Source of the DNA: Candidatus Moraniibacteriota bacterium
Lineage (GTDB): Bacteria > Patescibacteriota > Minisyncoccia > Moranbacterales > UBA1568
Assembly: GCA_018061645.1 (NCBI GenBank)
Contig: JAGOTT010000001.1
Location: 65,090 to 129,089, forward strand
Direction: 5' to 3'
DNA: 64,000 bases
Part shown: piece by piece, positions 46,154 through 55,619 of the stretch
Numbering within the stretch: the first letter of the stretch is position 1
Layout of the letters: every line of letters begins with the position of its first letter
Made by a program: the position numbers and the translations under genes
Notes under the pieces: generated by a model
The model's input: only the letters and a program-made list of their open reading frames with translations
Told to the model about the DNA's origin: nothing
The model's database searches: none

Positions 46154-48397
46154 TCAGGGCATGAACGGATAGATCTTCACATACTGTCCCGGGCGGCCGT
46201 TGATGAGGAGTTCCCACTCGGCGCCATCGGTTTTTTCATAGTACTTGTCGAACCGGATGACGTCCTTGCGGAGATCGTCGACAGCGATCTTGACCCGTCC
46301 GGTAGTGCGGCTCTCCCGTCCGGAAGAGACGACGACATAATCGAACGTATCGTTTTGGTAGAGTTTCCAGTCGAAGTTGCTCCGGCAGATCCCGTCGAAG
46401 AATCGGCAGACGCCGTTCTTGTCGGTCCAGATGGTGAGATCCTTGGCATTCGGGAGGCTGTTGAGATACATCGCCGCCTCGTAGCTTCCGTCACCCATGT
46501 CTTTCACGTTCACGTATCGGTCCTGTGGGAGAAGCGTCGAGGCGTAGCTCATCGGGAACGGGGTATTCGAAAGCGAGACGAGCGAGGCGATGGCGATGCT
46601 GGTGAGGACCACCGGAAGAGCGGAAGCGAAACGGATTTTCGATACGAGCGTGCCGATGGCGATACCGGCGATGATTCCGGCGACGGGGTAGAGCATGATC
46701 TGATAGCGGGTTATGGCGCCGACGCCGTTCACCGAGCTTCCGAGGTGGTAGAGCGCGATGAAGACGATTCCGTAAAGCAGTGTTTTCCCGGCGGTCGTTC
46801 GTGAGAAAGCCGGGCGCACGAGGAGAAGTCCTCCGCCAAGAAAGAGTCCGGCGAAGACGATCGGAACGACTCCGAAGAGGAGCGGATAAAAATTCGTCGC
46901 GAAGACGCCGAAAAGCCCGGCGTCGAGATAGATGGTCTTCGGGGCGGAGAGAAGTGACTGGAAATCGTAGCGTGCCATGCCGGCCCACACGTTCCATGAG
47001 ACGAACGAGAGCATCCCGACCCAGAATGCCGCGATGGCGGCGGAAACCCATCGGCTCCGATTCCGGAAGAACCGCATGATCGTTTCGGAAAAACGGGATC
47101 TGTTTAGGAAACGGTCGATGGCGATGGCGGCGATGATCGAAAGGAAGATCGGCGCGGTGCTTACGAACGCCTGCGAGAGGATGGTCGCGTTCAGGAGTTT
47201 TTCCGGCCGAACCCAGGTCGCCGGAAAGAGTACGAAGAAGGTCGAGATCGCCCCGAACGTCCAGAGAGCGTAGGCGAGAAGCGATCGTTTGAGATATGGC
47301 AGGAACGGCCGGTCGCGTTTCATGAGCACATATTCGAGGAAGACGACCCCGAACATGAGGACGAAGAGGATATTTCCGACGTATTTCGTGAGAAGCACGA
47401 GTCCGAGAATCACCGCCGAGAGGAAAAGAAAGGCGATATGTCCCCGTTTCAGATAGGTGAGGTAGGCGAGGAACGAGAGCGGTGCGAAGACCCACAGGAG
47501 GGAATCGGGATTGACGATCTTCGTCATGCCGAGCGTGATCGGAGAGAGGATAATGAGCGGATACGTGACGAGCGCGATCGTCCGCCCGAGGAGCCGGTCG
47601 AGCAGGAAGTAGAAGAGAGGGAGGAATATCGCCGCGGCGATGACGATACCGATGCGGAACGAGAAGAAGAGCTGCTCGAGTCCGACATCGCTCCCATTCG
47701 TCCGTTTCCAGGCGACCGGGTCGCTTTCGTGGAGCAGTCCGGTGCCGCTCGCGAAGGCGATAGTCAGTCCGGGCTTGTCGCTGACGCTCGTCTTTCGGAA
47801 TTCGAGGTTTCCGAGGGATTCCCAATATTTCGGGATGCGGTCATGGATCCAGAGTGCTTCGTCGACCCCGGAGAATTTTCCGAGATCCTTCGTGGCGAAG
47901 AAAAGGAATACGAACGTGGTCGCGATGACGAACAGGATCGCGGGCGCTCCCTGTCGGCTGAACCATGCCCGAAGAGTCGGTTCCGGCACGGAAACATCAT
48001 GAATGACCGTCCATTCCTGCAGGATGAGTTTTCGGACAAGGAACATCGAGACGCCGAATGCGTAGAAGGTGACGGCGATCTTCGCGCTGGCGGGAATGTC
48101 GGCGTAGAGATTCCAGGCGAGGACGAAAGTGAGAATGGTCGGAAAGGTTGCAATGAACAATGCTTTGAAGACAGGGACGAATTTTCTTTCCGATACCGAA
48201 AAAAATACGGCTGCGCCGAGCGCAAGACCGAGCGTCGGAAGCGCGACGATGAATATCTCCCGAGGAAGCTCCGCAAGAGAGGCGGGAACCCAGGGAATGT
48301 GTCGTGCAATGAATACTCCGGCGACAAGTGCGAGTATCGCGGAAAGTGCGATGACTGTCGGGGTCGTTTTACCGGCGGCGGCACGGAATCGGTTCAT
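46154..48397 (-). CDS. GT-C fold membrane glycosyltransferase, GT39/ArnT/PMT-like
   Basis: 747 aa; loop motif GVDEALWIHDR; many TM helices and C-terminal soluble domain. Confidence 0.6.
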   Translation of the reverse strand: MNRFRAAAGKTTPTVIALSAILALVAGVFIARHIPWVPASLAELPREIFIVALPTLGLALGAAVFFSVSERKFVPVFKALFIATFPTILTFVLAWNLYADIPASAKIAVTFYAFGVSMFLVRKLILQEWTVIHDVSVPEPTLRAWFSRQGAPAILFVIATTFVFLFFATKDLGKFSGVDEALWIHDRIPKYWESLGNLEFRKTSVSDKPGLTIAFASGTGLLHESDPVAWKRTNGSDVGLEQLFFSFRIGIVIAAAIFLPLFYFLLDRLLGRTIALVTYPLIILSPITLGMTKIVNPDSLLWVFAPLSFLAYLTYLKRGHIAFLFLSAVILGLVLLTKYVGNILFVLMFGVVFLEYVLMKRDRPFLPYLKRSLLAYALWTFGAISTFFVLFPATWVRPEKLLNATILSQAFVSTAPIFLSIIAAIAIDRFLNRSRFSETIMRFFRNRSRWVSAAIAAFWVGMLSFVSWNVWAGMARYDFQSLLSAPKTIYLDAGLFGVFATNFYPLLFGVVPIVFAGLFLGGGLLLVRPAFSRTTAGKTLLYGIVFIALYHLGSSVNGVGAITRYQIMLYPVAGIIAGIAIGTLVSKIRFASALPVVLTSIAIASLVSLSNTPFPMSYASTLLPQDRYVNVKDMGDGSYEAAMYLNSLPNAKDLTIWTDKNGVCRFFDGICRSNFDWKLYQNDTFDYVVVSSGRESRTTGRVKIAVDDLRKDVIRFDKYYEKTDGAEWELLINGRPGQYVKIYPFMP

Positions 48398-48486
48398 GGA
48401 TATGGTTGCGTTCTCCGGTGGGAAGCGGTATACTTCCGAAAGAAGAAAGCTTTTAATAAGGCATTATTCTCTTTCACTCTATCACA

Positions 48487-50268
48487 ATGTCCGAAGAAAG
48501 GAAACCATTTTCCAGCCGTTTTTCGAGGCCGATTCTCATCCTGATCGCCATTCTCGCGTTTGGCGGGTTCCTTCGGCTGTATCATTTTTCCGACTGGCTC
48601 CACTTCGAACTCGACCAGGCGCGCGATGCGCGGGTCATCGACGAGGCACTTTCCGGGGGCCCTGGCGAGCTGACGCTTCTCGGCATGAAGGCCGGGGGAA
48701 CGTCGCTTCGGCTCGGTCCCGGGTTCTACTACCTTGAGTATCTTTCCGGGCTCGTTTTCGGTGCGACCCCGCAGGGGATAGCGATGATCATCCCTATCCT
48801 TTCGGTCGCCTCGATCGGGGTGTTTTACCTGTTCGCGCGGCGGTTTTTCGGGGTGTCGGTCTCGCTCGCGCTCGCGCTCCTTTTTTCCGTTTCCGAATAC
48901 CTGGTCATGTACGGGCGGTTCGCGTGGAATCCGAACCCGCTGCCGTTCTTCTCGCTCCTTGGATTCTATGCGTTGCTTCGGTCCGTTTCTCCGGATGAGC
49001 GGCGACCGGGACGGTGGTTTGTCCTATCCGCATTTTCCATCGGTCTCGCGACGCATCTCCATTTCCTCGCCTTCCTCTCGCTTCCGGTGGTCGCGGCGAT
49101 TTTTCTCCTCGTCCGTCGGCCGAGATTTTCCTCCAAGGCGTGGGCGGCGGCGTTCGCGGCGTTTATCGTGTTCTATGTTCCGGTCGTGCTCAACGAGATC
49201 GAGACCGGCGGTGCGAATTCCAGGGCGTTCCTTTCGGCAATCACCGAAAAATCATCGAAGACGACCCGGACGGCTCCGGAGAAACTTATCCGGAACATTA
49301 CCGAGCACGGACTGGGATATCTTACGATCCTGACGGGGATCGAGGACGGGGGATTCGCGGATGTCGACCTGCGTCGCGAGGGAGTGTTCCGTATCGAATG
49401 CGATGCGAGGTGCCAGGACGGGAAAGTCGTCGGATCCGTATCCATGGCCGCATTCGCGCTTTCCCTGATTTCTGCTTTTTATCTGTGGTTTCGAATCCGA
49501 GATCGGAGGCAGTCGGACGTACTGCTTTTGTCCGGGATATGGTTTCTGGTTGTCTTTTCCGTGCTTTTCCCGCTTGCGTACGGGTTCTCGCCGCGGTTCT
49601 TCCTTGCTGCCGCGCCGATACCGTTCCTCCTGCTTGGGTTCCTCTTGGAGGGCGCGCGCGCGGTGTTTCCGGGTCGGAAGTCTGTGATGTGGGTCGGAGC
49701 GGCGATACTCGCCATCTTTGTTGCATTGAACGTCTTCGGAGTCGCGGAACGGTTCCGCCAATCGTCGCTCGCGTTGACGGAGGCGGTAGACACTCCGGCG
49801 GATCGTATCCTCAAGGAAAAGATCCGTGTGCCGCTCGAGCAGCAGATGAAGATTGTTGATTATCTCAAGACGCGGTCGGATGAGCGGGGGTGGCCGGTGT
49901 ATATGCACAGTGAACCGGAACATCGGCGGGCGCTCAAGTATCTTCTCGAGCGACGCGGTGTGGAGAACGCCGGATTCGGATTGACGGGTATTTATGAAGA
50001 GGGGATCTATGTGCTCATTCTCCGATCGAAGTCGGATCTCTATGACGGAATGAAGAAGTATCTCGAGAAATATGATGTCGTCGAGAAACATTCCTTCGGG
50101 ACGCTCACGATGATAGAATTCCGACCGAAGGAAACGTCCATCGAGGCGAAGCGACAGGTCTTCGTTCCGCAAGGGAAGGTGCAGGATAACCCGACCGCGC
50201 TCCCGCGCTACACCTGGCGCGAATGGTGGGAGCGGAAGAATGATCCGGGGAATGATGAAGAAGAATAA
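48487..50268 (+). CDS. GT-C fold membrane glycosyltransferase, GT39/ArnT/PMT-like
   Basis: 593 aa; HFELDQARDARVIDEAL loop-1; YGRFAWNPNPLPFF; divergent from 46154..48397. Confidence 0.65.
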   Translation: MSEERKPFSSRFSRPILILIAILAFGGFLRLYHFSDWLHFELDQARDARVIDEALSGGPGELTLLGMKAGGTSLRLGPGFYYLEYLSGLVFGATPQGIAMIIPILSVASIGVFYLFARRFFGVSVSLALALLFSVSEYLVMYGRFAWNPNPLPFFSLLGFYALLRSVSPDERRPGRWFVLSAFSIGLATHLHFLAFLSLPVVAAIFLLVRRPRFSSKAWAAAFAAFIVFYVPVVLNEIETGGANSRAFLSAITEKSSKTTRTAPEKLIRNITEHGLGYLTILTGIEDGGFADVDLRREGVFRIECDARCQDGKVVGSVSMAAFALSLISAFYLWFRIRDRRQSDVLLLSGIWFLVVFSVLFPLAYGFSPRFFLAAAPIPFLLLGFLLEGARAVFPGRKSVMWVGAAILAIFVALNVFGVAERFRQSSLALTEAVDTPADRILKEKIRVPLEQQMKIVDYLKTRSDERGWPVYMHSEPEHRRALKYLLERRGVENAGFGLTGIYEEGIYVLILRSKSDLYDGMKKYLEKYDVVEKHSFGTLTMIEFRPKETSIEAKRQVFVPQGKVQDNPTALPRYTWREWWERKNDPGNDEEE

Positions 50269-50303
50269 GCAGAGGATACAAGAGACAAGAAATGCAACGT
50301 TGG

Positions 50304-50327
50304 AAGAAACAAGGTACAAGAAACAAG
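50304..50327. repeat. Left inverted repeat flanking four-helix-bundle gene D (aagaaacaaggtacaagaaacaag)
   Basis: 22/23 match to reverse complement of 50737-50760. Confidence 0.7.
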
Positions 50328-50351
50328 ATACAAAAAATCCGAAATACGAAA

Positions 50352-50723
50352 ATGACCGAAGTGAAACAAAAAGAGAAGAGATTTGACCTGGAGGAAAGGA
50401 CGTTGGAGTATTCGAAAAGAGTTCTCCGGTTGTGCAAAAGTCTCCCAAAGAATGGTATCAATCGGGAGATGGCTGATCAGCTGTTTCGTTCCGCAAGCTC
50501 CGTCGGGGCGAATTATCGGGAAGCGAACGACGCCCTTGGTAAGAAGGATTTTGTCATGAGGATAAAGATATCCAGAAAAGAAGCGAAGGAGGCCGAGTAT
50601 TGGTTGAAGCTGGTTGCGGAAGGTAATCCTGAAATGAAAGAAAAAATGAGTGGGCTTATCGATGAAACAAAGGAGCTGCGGATGATATTTTCTTCCATAA
50701 TAAGCAAGGTTTCAGTGAATTGA
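50352..50723 (+). CDS. Four-helix-bundle protein (23S rRNA IVS protein family)
   Basis: start at MTEVKQKEKRFDLEERTLEYSKRVL aligning with paralog 41672; LFRSASSVGANYREAN. Confidence 0.9.
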   Translation: MTEVKQKEKRFDLEERTLEYSKRVLRLCKSLPKNGINREMADQLFRSASSVGANYREANDALGKKDFVMRIKISRKEAKEAEYWLKLVAEGNPEMKEKMSGLIDETKELRMIFSSIISKVSVN

Positions 50724-50736
50724 TTTTTCGTGATTT

Positions 50737-50760
50737 TTGTTTCTTGTAACTTGTTTCTTG
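50737..50760. repeat. Right inverted repeat flanking four-helix-bundle gene D (ttgtttcttgtaacttgtttcttg)
   Basis: partner of 50304-50327. Confidence 0.7.
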
Positions 50761-52308
50761 ATGATTAACGCTATGAGCTTAAGGAAAACATTGGCAGTGC
50801 TGGCGGTCATCGTTCTGATTGGGGCAGTTCTGCGCTTCTGGGGGCTTGGGAATAATCCGTTCAATGCTGATGAGTTCCTCGATATCAACTCCGCCTACGG
50901 GTACGCGCAGACGGGGGAATGGAAGGCGTGGGATTTCAATTTCGGTCAGGTGTCGGAAGTCAATATCAACCAGGCGCGTGATGAGCGTGCGAACGTGTAC
51001 AAGTGGCAGGTGGCGCAGCTCTTCTCTTTCCTTCCGCCGACGGAAGCGGTCGCGCGGAGCGTGTCGGCGCTGTGGGGCGTGTTCTCGATTCTCGCGATGT
51101 TCTTTGCCGGGTGGATGTTTTCGGGAAAGAAACGGATCGGGCTCTTCGCGGCGGCACTCTTCGCCGTATCCGTTTCCGGGATCGAGTTCGATCGCAAGCT
51201 CCGCATGTACGCGATGTTCTTTCCGCTCTTCCTTCTCATGTCCGTGTCGCTTTTCGGTCTCTACGAGCGGGAATATAAGGGCAGGATAAAAGCGCTCCGG
51301 ACCTTCTGGGAGAAGACCGACCTGAACCCCGCGTATCTCCTCCCGCTTCTCGTATCCGGATATCTTTCCTTTCAGACGCACCAGTTGTCGATCAACATCA
51401 TCCCGATTTTCGCCGTCTATGTGGTAACGATGATCGTTCTCGCTTGGCGCAGGAAACGATCCGCCGAGGACAAGTATATGGGAACCGCGGCGCTGGGGCT
51501 GGTCGTCGCGATCGTCGCGTGGACCGCGGCGCCGGAGAAGATGAAGGAACTGCTCGGCGCACTCGTGCTCTTCGATAACCATTACTCGTATTTCCGCTAT
51601 GTCGTGCGTGACTACGCGCAGCCGATCCTTGCGGCGCTTCTCTTCGGGTATGGTGCGTGGCATCTCGTGAAAAAGCTCGGAAAAGAGAAAGAGACCGCGT
51701 GGCTGCTTGTCTCGTCGCTTGTGCCGCTTGTGATGGCGGTCTGGTTCTGGCGACGCAACGAGGGACAACAATACATCTTCTTCGCGCAGTCCTTCATGGC
51801 GATACTGGTCGCTTCCGGCGGATACGGGCTCGTGCGGTTCGTGAATGACGAGTTTTCGTCCCGATGGAAGCATGCCGTGTGCGCGGCGACGCTCCTCCTT
51901 GCGGTGCTCGTTCCGAATTGGGGATACTTTTTTTGGGAAAACAACACGTATCATGAGACATCGACGGGGAGTTCGGCGAACTACCGGAAGATCTACCAGT
52001 ATTTCCGCAACAATGCGGGCGATGGCGACGCGCTCATCGCGCGGAATTTCCGCAACTACTACTGGAGCGGTACGGAGACCAAGGTACTTGATTTCGGCGG
52101 GGAACTTTCTGTCTCAAAACTTTCGGTCGGGGAAATAGAGGCGTTCATGACGAAACATCCGACCGGTTGGTTCATCGCGTCGGACAACGACATGGATTAT
52201 GTTTCGCGCGATGCGGAAATATTCATCGGGAAAAATATGGAGCGGCAGAGCCATTCGCTCATCCGGGGGAACGTTGAAGTGTGGCGGTGGGGGAAAAATA
52301 GTCTGTAA
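50761..52308 (+). CDS. GT-C fold membrane glycosyltransferase, GT39/ArnT/PMT-like
   Basis: ATG after IR (track used TTG at 50737); loop-1 NPFNADEFLDIN (PMT DE motif); ~11 TM helices. Confidence 0.65.
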   Translation: MINAMSLRKTLAVLAVIVLIGAVLRFWGLGNNPFNADEFLDINSAYGYAQTGEWKAWDFNFGQVSEVNINQARDERANVYKWQVAQLFSFLPPTEAVARSVSALWGVFSILAMFFAGWMFSGKKRIGLFAAALFAVSVSGIEFDRKLRMYAMFFPLFLLMSVSLFGLYEREYKGRIKALRTFWEKTDLNPAYLLPLLVSGYLSFQTHQLSINIIPIFAVYVVTMIVLAWRRKRSAEDKYMGTAALGLVVAIVAWTAAPEKMKELLGALVLFDNHYSYFRYVVRDYAQPILAALLFGYGAWHLVKKLGKEKETAWLLVSSLVPLVMAVWFWRRNEGQQYIFFAQSFMAILVASGGYGLVRFVNDEFSSRWKHAVCAATLLLAVLVPNWGYFFWENNTYHETSTGSSANYRKIYQYFRNNAGDGDALIARNFRNYYWSGTETKVLDFGGELSVSKLSVGEIEAFMTKHPTGWFIASDNDMDYVSRDAEIFIGKNMERQSHSLIRGNVEVWRWGKNSL

Positions 52309-52348
52309 AGTCCGTAAAGTTTCGATCGGAAATACGGTGAAAAAATGA

Positions 52349-52378
52349 AAAACCCCGGCAGATTCCTGCGGGGGTTTT
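52349..52378. terminator. Bidirectional rho-independent terminator between convergent genes
   Basis: aaaaaccccggcagattcctgcgggggtttt. Confidence 0.55.
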
Positions 52379-52391
52379 CGGTTGGAGAGAA

Positions 52392-52694
52392 TTACGGATG
52401 ATTGTTCTGTCCGGCGCCGCCGTGCCCGATGACCCGGCATCCCGTCTTCGAGGCGAAGATCGACGGTTCGAAGGTCGCAATACTTGGTTTGCGTTTGTCC
52501 AGACAGACACAGTATGTCATGCCTCGGATGCGGCAGATACATTTTTCGCCACTTCCGACCATTCGTTGGATATGTACTTCGTTGTCGTCGATCTTTTCCA
52601 GATACGGCCTGCCGATCGTGTGACCCTTGGCGCGGACGATTTTTGCTATCGCTTCGAGTTCTATCGTTGAAACTTTTCGGGCTATTTTACCCAT
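52392..52694 (-). CDS. Small Cys-rich hypothetical protein
   Basis: 100 aa; ggag RBS upstream; CxC...CxC pattern; GC3 moderately high. Confidence 0.35.
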   Translation of the reverse strand: MGKIARKVSTIELEAIAKIVRAKGHTIGRPYLEKIDDNEVHIQRMVGSGEKCICRIRGMTYCVCLDKRKPSIATFEPSIFASKTGCRVIGHGGAGQNNHP

Positions 52695-52848
52695 TTTCCG
52701 TCTCCAAAAAAACTTTTAAAGTTTTAAAGAAAAAACACCCCTTTGAAGCCGACGCTCTGGCTCCGTTTCTTTATACCATTTTTTGGCCTTCATGTCAATC
52801 GCGCGTGCTTCGTGAAAGAAAAACCGCGCCGATTTTTGTCGGTGCGGT

Positions 52849-53142
52849 TCATGATCCGTTCTTCGTATCGCGGATCGTCTTTACGATACCGAATACGAGA
52901 TCCTGTCTTTTCCGGTCGGCGAGGAGGGCTATGCCTGGCGGGTCGGTATGGATACGGATGATCGCTTTCCAGGGGAGCGCTTCGATCTCTTCCGCGTACT
53001 CGGTCTTCCATCGTTCGAAAAGTGTGTTCTCGAGTCGTTCTGTCCGGGGCATTTTTTTCTTGCCGAGGACGAAATATCTGAAAGCTGAAAATACTTCGAA
53101 GAGAACCTGCTCCTTTCTTTTTTTAAAAGCGTGCGTTTCCAT
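52849..53142 (-). CDS. Hypothetical small protein (second gene of two-gene module)
   Basis: 97 aa from ATG with strong aaggagg RBS; overlapping + ORF looks spurious. Confidence 0.4.
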   Translation of the reverse strand: METHAFKKRKEQVLFEVFSAFRYFVLGKKKMPRTERLENTLFERWKTEYAEEIEALPWKAIIRIHTDPPGIALLADRKRQDLVFGIVKTIRDTKNGS

Positions 53143-53210
53143 AAGAACCTCCTTTTCTCGGAAAAAAATACCGCGTCCGTAGTTCCGGGCGCGGCTGGTG
53201 GCTGATGCTC

Positions 53211-53459
53211 TCAAGCGGCGATTTTCATCCGTTCGATGATCCGCTGAGAAAGCTGCTTGGACAAGATATGCTTGCCCTCGCCTTTGAGCGCGAAGTATTC
53301 GGTGACGACCTCGTGCGTTACCACCTCGTCGATCGCCTGGCTGTTCGTGTCGTACCAGTCGGAAAAGCCGCTATGGCCGTTCTGTTCCCGGTCGAGCTTG
53401 CAGCAGATGGTGGCGTAGATGAGGTCGAGCAGAATGATTCTTTTCTCCGAGGGGTTCAC
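53211..53459 (-). CDS. Hypothetical small protein (GTG start, first gene of two-gene module)
   Basis: 82 aa; GC3 ~85%; aggaga RBS 6 nt upstream of GTG. Confidence 0.5.
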   Translation of the reverse strand: MNPSEKRIILLDLIYATICCKLDREQNGHSGFSDWYDTNSQAIDEVVTHEVVTEYFALKGEGKHILSKQLSQRIIERMKIAA

Positions 53460-53558
53460 GGAAGTCTCCTAGTGTGTGAGTTGGTAAACCAACAAAAAAA
53501 GTCCTCATCGGACCTGTGGAGTATGACAGATTTCCCGTTTTCTGTCAAGGATTCCTGA

Positions 53559-53870
53559 TTGACGGGGGAACGGTTGTCGTGGTACAAGGAAGTGTCTTCA
53601 ATGACACAGAGAGAGGGTATCGGTATGCCGCTTATCTTCGCGGGTTTCGTTCTTTTGTTTCTGATAGCGGTCTTCGCTCCGTATGTCAACGCTATCGCGG
53701 CGACATTCATCATCGCCGGCCGGTTGGTCGTCGCTTTTTTCATCAGCCTCATTCCTCTGGGCTTCCTGATTGTTTCCATCGTGGCGGTGTATCTCGGGTT
53801 TCAGGATATGCGTCGGGAGCTTCGGAGACCGAGGCGCCGAGTCGGTTCCGACGGCTTCGAAGATTTTTGA
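53559..53870 (+). CDS. Small 2-TM membrane protein, hypothetical
   Basis: start probably at internal Met (MPLIFAGF...); weak. Confidence 0.35.
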   Translation: MTGERLSWYKEVSSMTQREGIGMPLIFAGFVLLFLIAVFAPYVNAIAATFIIAGRLVVAFFISLIPLGFLIVSIVAVYLGFQDMRRELRRPRRRVGSDGFEDF

Positions 53871-53906
53871 TGCCATTCAGGCGGGTGCCGATGTACCCGC
53901 CTTTTT

Positions 53907-55379
53907 TCATGCTTGCGACTTATTCTTCGTGAAGAGTTTCCGGATCGGGTTCAGGTCGGATTCCTTCAGTTCCTTTGCCAGGAAAAGCGGGAGATAGTAG
54001 AGGACGAATAGGAATGCTCCGGAGAAGATGAATGATACGGGCTCGGAGGGGAGTATTTTCGAGAGGAGCGCGATGCCTGTCGCGGAGACAAGGGAAACGA
54101 CCCAGAGCCTCGTCGAGAGACGGACGGAGAAATGTCGCTCGGTATAGATGAGGATGGCGATCATGAGGATGAACGAGACGAGTGTGGTGGCGCCTGCCGC
54201 ACCGACGATACCGAAAGGAGGGATGAGTGCGAAATTGAGGACGAGTGCGAGCAGTACGCCGAACCCCGAGAGTTTCATCGGGATTTTCACCAGTCCGGCG
54301 CCGTTGAGCGCGAAGGCGAGGACGTAGAAGACCGTGAGGAACCCGGCGCCTACGGCGAATACGCTCATCGCGGATGCCGCGCCGAGGTAGTGGTCGCCGT
54401 AGAAGAGATGGAGGATCGGTTCGGCATAGACGGCAAGCAGCGTGACGAACGGAAAGAGGAGAAACGCCATGAGGCGGAGTGATTTCTCTACGAGCTCCCG
54501 CGTCTTTTCCGGTCCCTGGTCGGCGTTGCTTTTCGCGATCGCCGGAACCATCATGACCGCGAGCGCGTAAAAAAGGTAGTAGGGGATGCGCCCCATGGTG
54601 ATGGCGGCGTTGTAGAGACCCGTCGCGATGTCATCCCGGAGGAGCGCCTGCACGAGATACAGGTCGAGTGTGAGGACGAGCTCGTAGAAGACGAGGAAGA
54701 GCGTGAACGGCCAGGCGTATGAGAGCAGGAGTTTTCCGGGGAATGTGAAGTCCTGCCCCGGTTCCTGCGGGAAGGATTTTTTCGTGATGATCCAGTCGGC
54801 GACGAGACCGACGAAGAAGACCGAGAGCGGTGCCAGGATGTAACCGGAAACCGATCCCGGGAGACCGAAGAGGAACGCGAGCCCGACGATGAAGAACAGA
54901 CGCGCGAAGGAGCGGATGATCTTGAGCGTCGCCTGGAAGCGGAAATAGTGGAGTCCGTTGAAATAGTGGAGATAAAAGGACGCGGCGGCGAAGGCGGGAA
55001 TGATGAGTGAGGAAAGCGCGAAAAGCGAAGCCAGCTCCGGGTCGCCGAGAAGCTGGGCGATGAGCGGGGAAGCGAGAAAGAATATCACGGTGAGGCTCCC
55101 CATGATGAGCGCCTGGAGTCTCATACCGACCCGCTTGATGACCGGAACCTTCCAGGGGGCGTTTTCGAAGACTTCGGAGAGGTATTTCGACATCGCGGTC
55201 GGGAGGCCGTTTCCGACGAGTACGATGATCATGGTCGTGAGCGTGATGACGAGCCCGTAGCGACCGTAGTCGGCGGGACCGAGAATCCGTCCGACGGAGG
55301 CGTGGACGATGTAGCTCGCGATATTGAAGACGATCTCGGAAGCGGTGAGCCACACGAGTGCGCGTGAGAAGTTTTTCAT
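53907..55379 (-). CDS. Oligosaccharide flippase (Wzx-like, MOP superfamily)
   Basis: 490 aa, 12-14 TM; N-terminal GRILGPADYGRYGLV motif. Confidence 0.75.
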   Translation of the reverse strand: MKNFSRALVWLTASEIVFNIASYIVHASVGRILGPADYGRYGLVITLTTMIIVLVGNGLPTAMSKYLSEVFENAPWKVPVIKRVGMRLQALIMGSLTVIFFLASPLIAQLLGDPELASLFALSSLIIPAFAAASFYLHYFNGLHYFRFQATLKIIRSFARLFFIVGLAFLFGLPGSVSGYILAPLSVFFVGLVADWIITKKSFPQEPGQDFTFPGKLLLSYAWPFTLFLVFYELVLTLDLYLVQALLRDDIATGLYNAAITMGRIPYYLFYALAVMMVPAIAKSNADQGPEKTRELVEKSLRLMAFLLFPFVTLLAVYAEPILHLFYGDHYLGAASAMSVFAVGAGFLTVFYVLAFALNGAGLVKIPMKLSGFGVLLALVLNFALIPPFGIVGAAGATTLVSFILMIAILIYTERHFSVRLSTRLWVVSLVSATGIALLSKILPSEPVSFIFSGAFLFVLYYLPLFLAKELKESDLNPIRKLFTKNKSQA

Positions 55380-55619
55380 AAGCCCATTCTATCGGAAATC
55401 GTCGGAAAAAGAAAAAACCGTTCTATCCGGACGGTTTTCATGTGTGGGTGGAAACGGAAATCCGGGGGACGGTATAGGTCGGAACCATGAAGAGAAATTC
55501 GCCCGGCATCGGCTGATGCCTCCACGCGCGGCCTCGTCTTCCGCTTGTGGATCACCGTTCGCCCGAATCGCCGTTTCCGGGGGAGATGATAGGGTAAATG
55601 CAGGCATCTGTCAATAGGC

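Noticed and set aside
46491-47825. 444-aa Arg-rich ORF and acidic 368-aa ORF at 47438..48544
   Set aside because: Alternative or antisense frames of the GT-C gene 46154..48397. Compositional artefacts of high GC.
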